Source: Candidatus Moanibacter sp. (GTDB taxonomy: Bacteria; Verrucomicrobiota; Verrucomicrobiia; Opitutales; UBA2987). Taken from it: a stretch of DNA of 64,000 nucleotides. Shown piece by piece: positions 38,585 through 49,099 of the stretch; positions within the stretch are counted from its first letter, which is position 1, and the number at the start of each line of letters is the position of its first letter. The position numbers were made by a program, and so were the translations under genes. The notes below the pieces were generated by a model that was given only the letters and a program-made list of their open reading frames with translations, was not told where the DNA came from and made no database searches. The stretch spans positions 32,001 to 96,000 of the forward strand of contig CBDCEW010000094.1 of assembly GCA_965215885.1 (NCBI GenBank), written 5' to 3'.

Positions 38585-41365
38585 TCAGGTATCCTGTGGA
38601 ATTATCCTGACGGGTCCAAACAGTCCGCTCGGCAACGTCTCCTTTTCGAAGTTCATCATCGGTTCCACATAGAAGGTGCTGATGTTCGACTTTTTCACCG
38701 TCTCCGGATAGATAGGATTCGCGAACGCGTTGCTCAGGGTGTTGGCCACACGGACTCGGATCTCGTTATCCGTAGGCCGAAGTCCATCCTCGTCCTGAAA
38801 AATGAAGGGACCCCAGGCTTTGCGCCCCAGCGAGCGGCCGTTCAGGGAGGCTTCACAGGCATATTTGACCGATCCGAGGTCAATCGTTATCGGAACGCCG
38901 GTGAAGCGGTCGGCGCCGTCAAACAGAATTCGATATTCCACTTCGCCGGAAAAGTGTGGGCCAAGCACGGCTCTCCAGTCGCCCAGTGCAGTTTGCCTCC
39001 AGTCCACGCTTTCGTGCTCGTAGGATAGAAAGTGTCCGTCCTTCAGCTGAATCTCCAGAATTGGCCGCAGTTGCCATCGGTCGTGTGACAGGGAGAAGCC
39101 CCGGGCGTGTGAAATCTGTCGGGGCAAAGACGCTTCTTCGGCTTCCACATCGCCAAAGAGAAGGAGTTTCGATTCCCACGGATCGAAGGACATAGGGAGG
39201 GAGATTCCTTCATCGTTCCTTTTCGCGCCGAGACGATACAGCCTGCCATGGATCGGATCGCAGGCGACAGGATGGCTGGTTTCACTGAAAATAACCGTCG
39301 TTTCGACGGCACGATCTTCTTCATTGACGAGGAAGTAGATCCGATGGTCGCGTGTCGCGCGTTTGGTGGCGCGGATGCTTCCCTCAGGCGATGTCAGACG
39401 AACAACCGGCTCCAACTCCCGAACATACGCATGGTCGCTGAAGAATCGCACATTGGGTGCCTCTTCCATTTGGTCCGCCCAATCGTTGCGAGAGGGATCG
39501 TCTTGACGAGACTGGCGGATGACGTAAATGCGACCTCCCTCATGTGTTAAACGCACGATGTTTTTCCGGGCCTCCTCGACCATCCACCGCGTTTCAGGAA
39601 CGATGAGCGTGTCGTATTGCATCGGGCCGATCCGGACTGAACCTCCCGGGGTGAAATGATTGCTATCCGCAAGGATATCGTCGTCGACGAAATCGAAGTC
39701 ACACTGCGCCCGGAGAAGATTCCGACAGATATCATTCTGAAGGCGAATGGCCGATTTCTGATCATCTCCGCCCGCCCAGATGCTCCGCATATCGAAGTAA
39801 ACAGCGGTGTGGCAGATCGCATTCCCGCGAGACAGAGCGTAACTGAGTCGCGAAATGTAGCGATTGACCTGATCCTGGTAACGCCAGAGTGGAGCCCAGG
39901 GGCCGAGAACCGGTCGATGAAATTGCTGTGTGAAGTCGCTCGATGCGGAATAAACCGAAAACGTGCTCAGGTTAAGGCCCCGGACAAACTGATGATCGAT
40001 TGTCCACTTTATAATGTGTGGGGTCACGGAGGAGCCGCTGGCCCCGAAGGGCATCGTGCTGGCGAATGGACGGTCGAGCTGGCGGGCAACGCTCGAGGCA
40101 TACTTGGCAAAGTGGTGACTCCTTTTTCCCGGGAACGTTTCCTGGTAGATGGTATCGACGCCGGGAATATGTAAGTGTCGCATTGAACGGAGAAGATGGC
40201 CGTGACCTCCCTCCTCAAAGCGAGCGGGGTCGTGGTCCATGAGGAAATGGCCTCCACAACTCATTTGGTTTTCAGCGCACCACCTGAAAATGGGATCGAG
40301 GTAGTTGCGGACAAAGAGGGTGCTGAGCAGGTCGTGGTAGTCGACCCTGGCGCGCGTCACAGCAAGAGCTTCCCCTTCGGCCGGAGGGGCCATTAAATCC
40401 TGGAGATAGGGCTCGAGACGATAGCCTTTTTCTTTGGAAAAGGTCTCTTCGAGCTTGTCGGTCCAGCGAAAGCTCTCAATGGGGTCGTGTCGAATGCCCC
40501 CGTAGGTGGGCTCGTTCTGGTAGATCCAGCTGACGGTGTCGTAACAAAATTGCTTGAGCTTCTCCCGATAGGCACGATATGCGAGCTTGATAAAACGCTG
40601 CGCGACCAGGGGATTGAGCAGGTCAGGATAAGGATTATCCGGTGCAATGGGGCCCTTTTCCTGGCCTTCGATTCTGTAGAGGAGCAGTTCGGCGGATTCC
40701 TTGAAGGGTCCGGTGGTTTCGTTGGGTTTGAAGGTGCCGCGAGTGCCCCCACGGTCGCATACGGCAAACTCGTAGCACCCAGGAACGTTAAAGCATTCGC
40801 CAGGGCAAAGATGCTTCTTTTCGCAGGTAAGGATCGACCTTAGAAACCGGTCTCTATGGTCCGAGAGCAGAGTTCCACCCGCCATGCCCGACGGCCAACC
40901 GGGCTCGTCGGGGATTACGCAAGTCATTCCGAGCGCGTTGCATTCGCTGACGATCGTATGCAACAGGTTCCAGAACTCATCGCTGCCGTAGGGAGCATCG
41001 AGGGTTGAGCCCAGGTAGTCGCCATACAAGGCACGCGGGAGGATGAAGATGTGAACGTGTTGGACGTTCTTCGACTTGCAATCGTGAAGAATTTGGGCGA
41101 TCTCGCCTCTCTCGAGCGGGTTGAGGATGGCGAGGATATAGGCGGGTGAGTAGATGGCCGCGGGGGCGCGATAGGCCGACGCCTGAAACAAGCGTTCAGA
41201 TGATTGCAGAAGCGAATTGGTGGGTGTGGGTTTCAACTTCGTAATGAGCAAAGGCAACCTTGGGCTTATTGCCCGAAGAGTCAAATACCCCGTCCGGGGA
41301 GAAAATTGAGCCCCGGGGCGTCTTCGCGAGAGACCTTCAGCTACCTCCTGACAACGCGCGCCCAA
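38585..41365 (-). CDS. GH106-like glycoside hydrolase (alpha-L-rhamnosidase family); true start probably near 41251
   Basis: YGSDEFW, DEPGWPSGMAGG, DLLNP, WCAEN...GGH, IPGVD, KYASSVA, C-terminal DLG.V...NG and SGLFGPV. Confidence 0.8.
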   Translation of the reverse strand: MGARCQEVAEGLSRRRPGAQFSPRTGYLTLRAISPRLPLLITKLKPTPTNSLLQSSERLFQASAYRAPAAIYSPAYILAILNPLERGEIAQILHDCKSKNVQHVHIFILPRALYGDYLGSTLDAPYGSDEFWNLLHTIVSECNALGMTCVIPDEPGWPSGMAGGTLLSDHRDRFLRSILTCEKKHLCPGECFNVPGCYEFAVCDRGGTRGTFKPNETTGPFKESAELLLYRIEGQEKGPIAPDNPYPDLLNPLVAQRFIKLAYRAYREKLKQFCYDTVSWIYQNEPTYGGIRHDPIESFRWTDKLEETFSKEKGYRLEPYLQDLMAPPAEGEALAVTRARVDYHDLLSTLFVRNYLDPIFRWCAENQMSCGGHFLMDHDPARFEEGGHGHLLRSMRHLHIPGVDTIYQETFPGKRSHHFAKYASSVARQLDRPFASTMPFGASGSSVTPHIIKWTIDHQFVRGLNLSTFSVYSASSDFTQQFHRPVLGPWAPLWRYQDQVNRYISRLSYALSRGNAICHTAVYFDMRSIWAGGDDQKSAIRLQNDICRNLLRAQCDFDFVDDDILADSNHFTPGGSVRIGPMQYDTLIVPETRWMVEEARKNIVRLTHEGGRIYVIRQSRQDDPSRNDWADQMEEAPNVRFFSDHAYVRELEPVVRLTSPEGSIRATKRATRDHRIYFLVNEEDRAVETTVIFSETSHPVACDPIHGRLYRLGAKRNDEGISLPMSFDPWESKLLLFGDVEAEEASLPRQISHARGFSLSHDRWQLRPILEIQLKDGHFLSYEHESVDWRQTALGDWRAVLGPHFSGEVEYRILFDGADRFTGVPITIDLGSVKYACEASLNGRSLGRKAWGPFIFQDEDGLRPTDNEIRVRVANTLSNAFANPIYPETVKKSNISTFYVEPMMNFEKETLPSGLFGPVRIIPQDT

Positions 41366-41495
41366 ATCTTGTTCTTAAAGGTCGTGCTCTGGATTGACTT
41401 TCTCCTAGCCCGGCGATTACGGTAGCAAAGTCTGCTGAATGTGGGCGGGGAATCGAATCTGGTAGGAAAATGGAATTTGGTCGGCCTTTCTTGCG

Positions 41496-42389
41496 GTGAA
41501 AAAACAAAGGGGAAGTAAGGCAACGATGGGAAGCACACGGAACGGTGCCACCATCCTTGGTAGATTGCTCGCCGTTCTGTTGGCTCTTGCGGTGCTGTCG
41601 CCTGCGCTTATTGGGGACCAGAGCAAGAGTACGCCTCCGCGGGCGGTGATCCAGGTGAGGCCGGTGCTCCCGGACGATGCGGAAACTTTGCCGGAAGGGG
41701 GGCGGGCTGTGATCCGTTGTACGGTTGATGCGTCGGGCCGTGTAAAGGATCCCGAGATTAAGTCGGCGAGCAACGAAGACTACGGTCGGGCTGCCGTTGA
41801 GGCAGTCGTGAAGTGGGAATTTGTACCGGCCACGAAGGGGGGCGAGCCGGTTGCTATGCGAGTCCAAATTCCCTTCAATTTCCATCCAGTGTCGAAAACT
41901 GCTCAAGAAAGAAAGGGACCCGACAAAGCGATTATCGAAGCTGCCAAAGATTCATTAAAGCGGGAATTCGGGCGAGAGATTTTTACAAGGCTTGAGGAGC
42001 CTATCGTTTCGGCAGCGGAATTGGGGAGGCGCCCCCGCCCGAAGGGTAAAGTGCGTGTTCTCTATCCCAAAGAACTGCTGGGCAGCGGCAAGACGGCAGA
42101 AGTGATGGTGGACATTATTATCGACAAAGAGGGTAGAGTGATCAACCCGCGCATCCTTAGAGCCAGCGATTCCGCTTTCTCCTATCACGCCCTCAAAGCT
42201 GCGCTTGAACTGGAATTCAAGCCCGTCAAGCAAAAAGGTGAAGCCGTTTACCTGAGGATGATGGTTACGTTCTACTTCTCTGAGAAAAAGAGTCGCATGG
42301 TGGAGATGCCGAGCCGTCCGTCGGGTGGTGGCGGTCGTGGCGCGGGAGGAAGAAGAGGCGCCGGAGACGGTGGCGCGGCCGGGAGGTAG
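41496..42389 (+). CDS. TonB family protein with two TonB C-terminal domains
   Basis: N-terminal hydrophobic anchor; VDASGRV...AAVEAVVKWEFVPA and YP...IIDKEGRV...LEFKP; start may be 41526. Confidence 0.85.
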   Translation: MKKQRGSKATMGSTRNGATILGRLLAVLLALAVLSPALIGDQSKSTPPRAVIQVRPVLPDDAETLPEGGRAVIRCTVDASGRVKDPEIKSASNEDYGRAAVEAVVKWEFVPATKGGEPVAMRVQIPFNFHPVSKTAQERKGPDKAIIEAAKDSLKREFGREIFTRLEEPIVSAAELGRRPRPKGKVRVLYPKELLGSGKTAEVMVDIIIDKEGRVINPRILRASDSAFSYHALKAALELEFKPVKQKGEAVYLRMMVTFYFSEKKSRMVEMPSRPSGGGGRGAGGRRGAGDGGAAGR

Positions 42390-42399
42390 GACCAATAAT

Positions 42400-43025
42400 C
42401 TTTGTCGTAAACCTCGTCGCAAGCTTAGTCGATTCCTCGTCTCTACTACTTGCTTCTCTGGCCGCCGGAAGGAGCCGGACTCCTGCTTAGGGCATTTCGA
42501 CGAAGCTCGCGACGAAGTTTTGGAGATATCCTACTGCGAGCAACCTCCTTTCCTTCATCGTAAGCTTAGTCGATTCTTCGTTTCTGCTACTTGCTTCTCA
42601 GCCGGCTGGAAGGAGCCGGACTCCTACTGGGCACGTTTCGACAAAGCTGACGACAAAGCTCGCGACAAAGTTCCGGAGAGGTCGTACGGGCGAGCAATCT
42701 TCTTTTCTTCATCGTAAGCCTCGTCGTAAACTTGGTCGATTCATCGTTTCTTCTACTTGCTTCTCAGGCCGTTGGAAGGAGGAGGACTGCTACCGGGTAG
42801 ATTTCGACGAAGCTGACGACAAAGCTCGCGACGAAGTTCCCTTGCGGGTAGAAGATGCTCGCTCTCGATTACTTGATTCTCAGGCCGCTGGAGGGAGCCG
42901 GACCCCTACTGAGGGAATTTGACGAAGTTGACGACAAAGGTTTACCCTCCGAACCTTTGTCGCGAGCCTTGTCGCGAACTTTGTCGAAAGAGAATGGTAA
43001 GCACGACAAAGCTCGCGACGAAGTT
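42400..43025. repeat. Degenerate tandem array, about 4 units of 140-165 bp
   Basis: Repeated GTCGATTC.TCGT.TCT.CTACTTGCTTCTC.G.CCG..GGAAGGAG..GGACT...TTTCGAC.AAGCT...GAC.AAG. Confidence 0.75.
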
Positions 43026-43040
43026 TGTGAAATAGGCGGG

Positions 43041-43140
43041 TTAGGAATCTGTCGGTATCATATTCGTCGGAATCTACATCTCTCACTCATAAATCCGCAC
43101 TTCAGGAATGTCTAGAAAGCTAAGTCCGACAGATTCCTAG
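43041..43140. mobile_element. 100-bp MITE, TAGGAATCTGTCGG family
   Basis: TTAGGAATCTGTCGG...CCGACAGATTCCTAG; the right CTAG contains the stop codon of the adjacent gene. Confidence 0.75.
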
Positions 43141-43932
43141 GGGAGATCGGGCTTTGGGAAGGTATCCCGGTAGGCTGGCCGGCGCATCAAATACTTGAGC
43201 CAGCTACCTTCCTGAGCTTCGTCGAAGAGGCGATCGTAATCCGTTTCTTCGGCAAACCACCAGCGCGTGATTCCGCAAAAGTTATAGGCTAGATGCAGCA
43301 CCCTCCGTGCCCCGTCGTTCTCAGTGAGAGAAGCGTGGAGGATGTCGTGCGTGAATACCACCGCCGAACCGGCCTTGACGGGCAGTTCGACGAGAGGCGA
43401 GGTCACTGAGGGCATCGTCGAGTTCTCCCAATCGGCCCTGGGCGGGCCATGAGAAATTGGCCTTGTGACTGCCGGGTACGACCTGGAGCCCGCCGTCGCC
43501 CGGGCCGATGTCGTTCATGGCATACATTACCCGCAGGTGGTTGTTGTAGATGCGATCCTGGGAAACGTGATAGAAGTTGAGCGGCTGATGGGGCATGTGG
43601 CCCCCGTGTATCGTGCTCTGTCCGCCCTTCCAGCGAAAATTGACACCGAACTGCTCAAGGATCGGGCTTTCCACGAGGGCGTCGACATAGGGCAGGATAA
43701 CGGGATTTGCCACCAGGTCCAACATTGACGACTCTTCATTCAGGAGGTTAAAGAATCCGATCGTGGGACCCCTGGTACTCTTTTCCGGAGGCCTTACCGC
43801 CAACTCCTGCCGGGCCTTTTCCTCCCAGACATCCAGCCGGCTGTTGAGGAGGTCCAGGTAGTCCGGCGCGATCGCGTTTTCGATAATCAAGTAGCCCCGA
43901 ACGTCAAAAGTATATCTCTCCTCGGGTGTCAT
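43137..43932 (-). pseudogene. Frameshifted PhyH-like oxygenase (HGG-type)
   Basis: MTPEERYTFDVRGY...IHGGH...VVPGSHK in one frame; LVELPVKAG..VVFTHDILHAS in another; shift near 43400. Confidence 0.82.
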
Positions 43933-45599
43933 TGCGATTGAGACGATAGATCGCCCAGATGAATAGTGCAACCCATGATGTAAGGATTACTAAAACCATC
44001 TTCGCCTTTTTCCGATTCGGCGGCCGTATGGTAGACACAGTATATTCCGCCGTCGGGAAATTCGATGGTATGGGGTTCGCCGGGGTCCCCCATCGGATCG
44101 TAAGCGATCTCCAGAATGTGATCGCGTTCATATTGATTGGGGTAATGGCCCGATGATGCATGCCAGTTGTACTGATACTCGGGAAGCGTCGGATTGGTCA
44201 CACGGAGTCTAACGTATTGCCAGTAACTCTCGCCCTTTGTCTCCTGCGGCACTACGGGGCTCCGCAGGTGTATTTGTCCGGGAATGTGCGGTGAGGTCCC
44301 AAAGCAGTTGAGGTCGTGCATTCCAGCTCCGTATCGTACCGGCCTTGTCTCCATGAGCTTCTTTGTCTTGAGTCTCTGCACATTGTCGACACTCACTGTC
44401 AATGTCCTGTCCGGCGTGCGGACAATGCGATAGGTGTGCAGTTCTGTAGCGTCCATTTTGAAGGATTCGGCGACCCTGATATCCCTTCCCCAGCAAAAGT
44501 CCCGGCCGGGTTTCTTTGGAATCAGATCGTGCACGAGGTCGACGCGGTCGGGATAGAACCGCAGTTCACCGGCCTCGATGATATTTATGATACAGGCGTC
44601 ACCGGTTTCGTTTTCGATGCATTTGAGCCTTGCCTCAAAGATGATGGTGGACTTGTCGGTCTCGGCGGGAAGCAGTAAGAAGAAAGGGGGGCGGGACTCA
44701 GGATCTCCGGTCGTTTTTATCCGCAGGCCATCCGGCTCAAGGGTTACGCAGCCGTCACTCCTCCAGCGGGCAGAGGCTTGAACCCCGGTGGCATCATAAC
44801 CGTCACCGCACCAGGCGTAAGCGCCACAATTTCCGCCTACGTTGCAATAGGTAAAGAGCACCCTGCCATCCTTCAGGACCGTCGCATTGGGCTGGAAGGC
44901 GTAGAGTCCGGTGACCTCAGGTTCCGTCCAGGTCTTACCGTTATCATAGGAATAGTTTTTATAAGTGGGGTGATGTAAACAGGAATTCTCCCGAAAATAA
45001 CAGACCAGGGTTCCGTCGTGCAATTGCACTATTGGCGCTTCACAAAGGGCAAGCACATCGCTCTCCGCTACAACGGATAGGAAACTCCAGCTTGTGCCGC
45101 TATCGGTCGATTGGTAAAGAACAGTTCTGTTGTTGTTTCGCCAATGATTCTTTCGCGGGAACTCCTGAGAGACAGTCTGAAGGAGCGTGCCGTTATGAAG
45201 TTCGATTAATCGGCGTGGACCGATTCCATCTACATCAATTTCCTGCGGCTCGCTCCAGGTCTCACCATCATCCTCACTCCAGAACAGATAGCCTTCGCCA
45301 CCTTGCGAACACGCATTAATCACCAGCCGGCCATCTTTCAGACGCAGGATGTTCGACAATAGCCAGTGGATCTCGGAACTGTCGGCAAGAATTATGCGGT
45401 CGGACCAGGTTTTGCCCATGTCCAGACTTTGCTTCATGACGAGGCGCGCCCACGTGCCCGCGGCATGTGCGGCGGTCTCCCGCCAGACGCATACCAGCTT
45501 GCCGGAATTGGTCAGAGCGACGTCCACATAAGCCTGGTAGACATCGTCATCCCGGTCTATGACGACATGTCGAGCGGTCTCGTCCGATATACTTTTCAT
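43929..45599 (-). CDS. BNR/Asp-box (sialidase-like) protein with lectin-like insert
   Basis: SLDMGKTW, SEDDGETW, STDSGTSW, SYDNGKTW; YPNQYERDH; start MKSIS at 45599. Confidence 0.85.
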   Translation of the reverse strand: MKSISDETARHVVIDRDDDVYQAYVDVALTNSGKLVCVWRETAAHAAGTWARLVMKQSLDMGKTWSDRIILADSSEIHWLLSNILRLKDGRLVINACSQGGEGYLFWSEDDGETWSEPQEIDVDGIGPRRLIELHNGTLLQTVSQEFPRKNHWRNNNRTVLYQSTDSGTSWSFLSVVAESDVLALCEAPIVQLHDGTLVCYFRENSCLHHPTYKNYSYDNGKTWTEPEVTGLYAFQPNATVLKDGRVLFTYCNVGGNCGAYAWCGDGYDATGVQASARWRSDGCVTLEPDGLRIKTTGDPESRPPFFLLLPAETDKSTIIFEARLKCIENETGDACIINIIEAGELRFYPDRVDLVHDLIPKKPGRDFCWGRDIRVAESFKMDATELHTYRIVRTPDRTLTVSVDNVQRLKTKKLMETRPVRYGAGMHDLNCFGTSPHIPGQIHLRSPVVPQETKGESYWQYVRLRVTNPTLPEYQYNWHASSGHYPNQYERDHILEIAYDPMGDPGEPHTIEFPDGGIYCVYHTAAESEKGEDGFSNPYIMGCTIHLGDLSSQSQ

Positions 45600-46088
45600 T
45601 GTTGGTGGGAGCTTCAGGTTGATAGTGGTAACTGTAATCGTTCCCGACTCCAACCTTAAATAGCGAGGATCATGAATGTTTGGTCCAGCTCCCCATCGAA
45701 TATTCCGTACGTCGTAGCAAGGAAATCCCTAAGAGGGAGACTGTCCCACGGATGCAGTAGCCATACCACTGTTCCTTGCGGTGATCGACAGATGAAGGAT
45801 GAAGGCTCAACCGAGTCTATTTGATAACGGTGATCCTCAAAGGGAGAAATGCTTTCGCATTCCTTTACAGAAACCGGGCAATTTGTTAAGGCGGCTGACC
45901 CCGAGAAGCAGACAATTCTGATTTCTGTGATAAACCTCCACGTTCTTGCGAACTACAGTGCTCCGTAAGTCGTTGATATATGTAGCCGCGTTCGCAAGAA
46001 CGTGGGGACGTTCGCTTCAGCTTCATGATTAGTAAAGGCGAATACGGACCTATTGCCGAAAGAGTTGGATCAGCGGGACGGAGAATTT

Positions 46089-48098
46089 TCATTGTATGGA
46101 CCTTTCCTCCCTGCCTTCGGTATAGTGTTCAATCCAAGCGGAGACACGACGGTGGAAATCGATGCGGTGGCTGGGCCGTCCGCTGACAATGTAACCGTGG
46201 TAGCCTTCCGGGTAGCGGACAAACTCAACCGGCGTTCGCCCGGCGGCGACGAGTCCGATAAAAAGCTCCTCTCCCTGCCCAATGGGGCAACGATCATCGT
46301 TTTCCCCGTGCAGGATCAGGGTTGGAGTCGTGACGTTCTCTATATAGTTGATCGGCGACAGGCGGCGGTAGGTTTTACGCTGATTGATAAGAGCGTCCTT
46401 CATTTGCCAGAGGCCAAACCACATACCGATATCCGAGGTGCCGTAAAATGACTCCAGATTTGAAACCGGCGCGTCGATAGCGGCGGCTTTGAATCGGTCA
46501 GTGTGGCCGATAATCCAGGCCGACATATACCCGCCGTAGGAAGCGCCGGCCACGGCCAATCGTTCGCTATCCGCGATGCCTTCGGCTATCAGCGCCTCGA
46601 CGGCGGCTATATGCTCGGGCATATCATACTCGCCCCATCGGCCCCTGATGCTGTGGGCAAAGATTCTACCGTATGATCCGGAGCCGGCGGAGTTGAGCAT
46701 GAGGACGGCCCATCCTCGAGCGGCGAGCAGATAGCGGTAAAAATAGGTGGTCGAGAAGGCGTTGCCCACATAGCTGTGCGGTCCGCCGTGAATGTCCAGC
46801 AGCAGTGGAGCGGATGTCGCGCCGGTGTTCGGCATCATCAACCAGCCTTCAATCATGCCACCGTGGGGACTTTCAAAGGTGCGCCGCTCTACCCGGGGCA
46901 GAATTCTCTGGTCCAGCAGAGACCGATTGACATGGGTTAATTGTCGCTCCTCTGCGCCATCTCCGGTGCGGATAAAAACGTCGCCCGGATTGTTCAAGTC
47001 GGCAGCCGAAAATGCGATTTGTCTGGTCGTGCTGTTTAGACTGAAGCTGGTCACCTGGCGCTCGCCGTTGACGACCGGGCGGACCGAAGCATCGGCTACG
47101 TTGGCCTGAACGACCTGGACGTTTCCGGCATCGGCGAGAAGAAACGTCACCGCCGTGCCGTCACTGGACCAGACGGGCGCTGGCGTCTCTAGTGGCCAGC
47201 GTAGCAACTGCACCGGGCGATCATACTCAAGAGAAGAATAAAGCGCGGTCAGGCAGCGGAGTGGTCCACTTCCGGCCGGCACGAGCCAGACCAGATTTTC
47301 CAGGTCACCCCAGCTCAGTTCCTGCTCGGCAGTGCCAAGACAGGCAATCAACCTGCCATCTGGTGACCAGGAAGGTGAGATGGCCCGACCTAATGTCGTC
47401 GTAAGTTGCCGGGTATTTGTGGCATCGGCGTCCATGACCCAGATATCGGAGACATAAAAGTCCGCCACTCCAGAGCGCATTCGGCTGAAAGCAATGCGCC
47501 GACCGTCGGGGGACCAGGATGGGGCCAGGTCGTCCGTTTGGTTATCGCTCAGCTGTCGGACCTCTCCGGTGGCCACAGACACAACAGACAACTGGTTACG
47601 CTCACCAAAGGTGTAGCCCCGGCTATCCATTTTGTATTGCGCCCGCGTAATTACTTTGGGGCGCTTTTCCCAGCGGGCGCGAGCCGAGGCGTCTGCCGGA
47701 GGAGACTCCTTCAGAACGCGTGCCGAAAAAAGGATGTGACTCCCATTCGGTGACCACACGGCAGGGCCGGCCCCATTTTGAAGCGATGTCAGCTGGCGGG
47801 CCTCGCCGCCATGGGCCGAAATAAGGTAGAGTTGAGCCGGCTTGCCTGCTCGGTCGGACAGAAAGGCCAGCCGGCGCCCGTCCGGTGACCAACGCGGGGC
47901 AGTATCTTGCCCGGGGCCATGGGTGAACTGCCTCGGAGTGCCGCCGTCTGACGGCACAATCCAGATGTTGCTCCGGTATTCGTCCTGCTCAGCGGCGATT
48001 TCCGTCAGTGTATAGGCGATAAATTCGCCGTCAGGGGCAAGCTGCACTTCGCCCACACTCTTGATAAGCAGTAAGTCCTCAGCCTGGATGGTCCTCAT
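46089..48098 (-). CDS. S9 family peptidase (acylaminoacyl/dipeptidyl aminopeptidase)
   Basis: PD40 repeats WSPDG, DIHGGPH, GASYGG, HGENDDRC, EGYHG; start MRTIQ at 48098. Confidence 0.93.
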   Translation of the reverse strand: MRTIQAEDLLLIKSVGEVQLAPDGEFIAYTLTEIAAEQDEYRSNIWIVPSDGGTPRQFTHGPGQDTAPRWSPDGRRLAFLSDRAGKPAQLYLISAHGGEARQLTSLQNGAGPAVWSPNGSHILFSARVLKESPPADASARARWEKRPKVITRAQYKMDSRGYTFGERNQLSVVSVATGEVRQLSDNQTDDLAPSWSPDGRRIAFSRMRSGVADFYVSDIWVMDADATNTRQLTTTLGRAISPSWSPDGRLIACLGTAEQELSWGDLENLVWLVPAGSGPLRCLTALYSSLEYDRPVQLLRWPLETPAPVWSSDGTAVTFLLADAGNVQVVQANVADASVRPVVNGERQVTSFSLNSTTRQIAFSAADLNNPGDVFIRTGDGAEERQLTHVNRSLLDQRILPRVERRTFESPHGGMIEGWLMMPNTGATSAPLLLDIHGGPHSYVGNAFSTTYFYRYLLAARGWAVLMLNSAGSGSYGRIFAHSIRGRWGEYDMPEHIAAVEALIAEGIADSERLAVAGASYGGYMSAWIIGHTDRFKAAAIDAPVSNLESFYGTSDIGMWFGLWQMKDALINQRKTYRRLSPINYIENVTTPTLILHGENDDRCPIGQGEELFIGLVAAGRTPVEFVRYPEGYHGYIVSGRPSHRIDFHRRVSAWIEHYTEGREERSIQ

Positions 48099-48099
48099 T

Positions 48100-48942
48100 T
48101 CAGGCGTGTTGCACGCTGCGTGTTTCCTCGGACCATTCGCGCCACATGTCTTCATAAGGACGTTGTCCCGCCAACTCCTCATTTTCCTTCTTGTCATAGT
48201 CGGCCAGGACAGCTTCCCGAAGCTGGATCTGCTCGGATCGATTGCGTCCGGCCGAATGAGCTAGAAGATTATGCCAGAAAAAAATGTCACCGGCTTCACC
48301 GTGGCTTTCCACGCGGGGTCGATCTCGAAATTTGATGATATGCTCCTTGTAGACCTCGATACGTTCGCGCCCCTCAAAATTGGAAAAAATGTCATAGACA
48401 ATCCGATGAGTTCCCGGCCACACGGTAAAGGCGCCACCACTCGGAGGAATGGGCGCAATTAGCCCAACAAAACCCACACGAGGCGCCATGAGCCTTATCA
48501 CAGTTTCCGTATCCAGTTTATCGGGTGCGAAAGCGTCACAGTGACATCCTATCGGCTCCTCGGGTTCTTCACTCATGGGCAACCTGCAGTATATGCCGCG
48601 GATTCTCTCCGGAAGTTCCACTTCCCCTTCGCCCAGAAGCTGCTCCGTCCAACCCAAAATTGTGGGATCCGCCGCCGACATCCGAACGATCCACTCTTCT
48701 GATCTGGGTTCACAGTACTTCCACATGTAGCCAATGCGCCGGTTTCCCGGCCCCTCGTCCTCCTCATCGGCACGAAAGGGCCCCATCCAGGTGCTGGGAT
48801 CGTCCCTTTTCATGCGGGGCGGAGCCCCTTTCCATAATCGGTCGCGGGCACGAGCCATCAAGTCGGGGTCCATGACACCACGCTTAAACAGGTATCCTTC
48901 GCGTTTAAAAAAACTGATTTCTTCCTGCGTTAGTTTGTTCAT
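48100..48942 (-). CDS. PhyH family oxygenase, tandem paralog 3
   Basis: FFKREGY, CHCD, FTVWPGTH, GDIFFWH..LAH. Confidence 0.88.
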   Translation of the reverse strand: MNKLTQEEISFFKREGYLFKRGVMDPDLMARARDRLWKGAPPRMKRDDPSTWMGPFRADEEDEGPGNRRIGYMWKYCEPRSEEWIVRMSAADPTILGWTEQLLGEGEVELPERIRGIYCRLPMSEEPEEPIGCHCDAFAPDKLDTETVIRLMAPRVGFVGLIAPIPPSGGAFTVWPGTHRIVYDIFSNFEGRERIEVYKEHIIKFRDRPRVESHGEAGDIFFWHNLLAHSAGRNRSEQIQLREAVLADYDKKENEELAGQRPYEDMWREWSEETRSVQHA

Positions 48943-49099
48943 GCTTCAATTTCGACTTCAGTTTGAATTGATGCTCTCCACATTGTCGACAAGGTTCGCG
49001 AGTGAGGTTCGCGACAAGGTTACCAGGGAAGTAGGAGTTACCTTCGCAATCCGGTCAAGAATGTCCTGACAGTTAACCTACTTGACAACCAATCAAGCA

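Larger units (their letters stand above)
35167..38610 (+). pseudogene. BNR/Asp-box (sialidase-like) protein split by an IS4 element
   Basis: Asp boxes SDDRGRTW, SDDGGETW, SADGGKTW, SRDGGRTW; reading resumes in frame (WSDYRLSG) after the IS; paralog of 43929-45599. Confidence 0.9.

Noticed and set aside
38585..38610. 26-bp convergent overlap of gene ends
   Set aside because: Short tail-to-tail overlaps are common and not informative
42400..43025. Possible CRISPR array or repeat-protein ORF (42325-42717)
   Set aside because: Long degenerate units and no consistent coding frame
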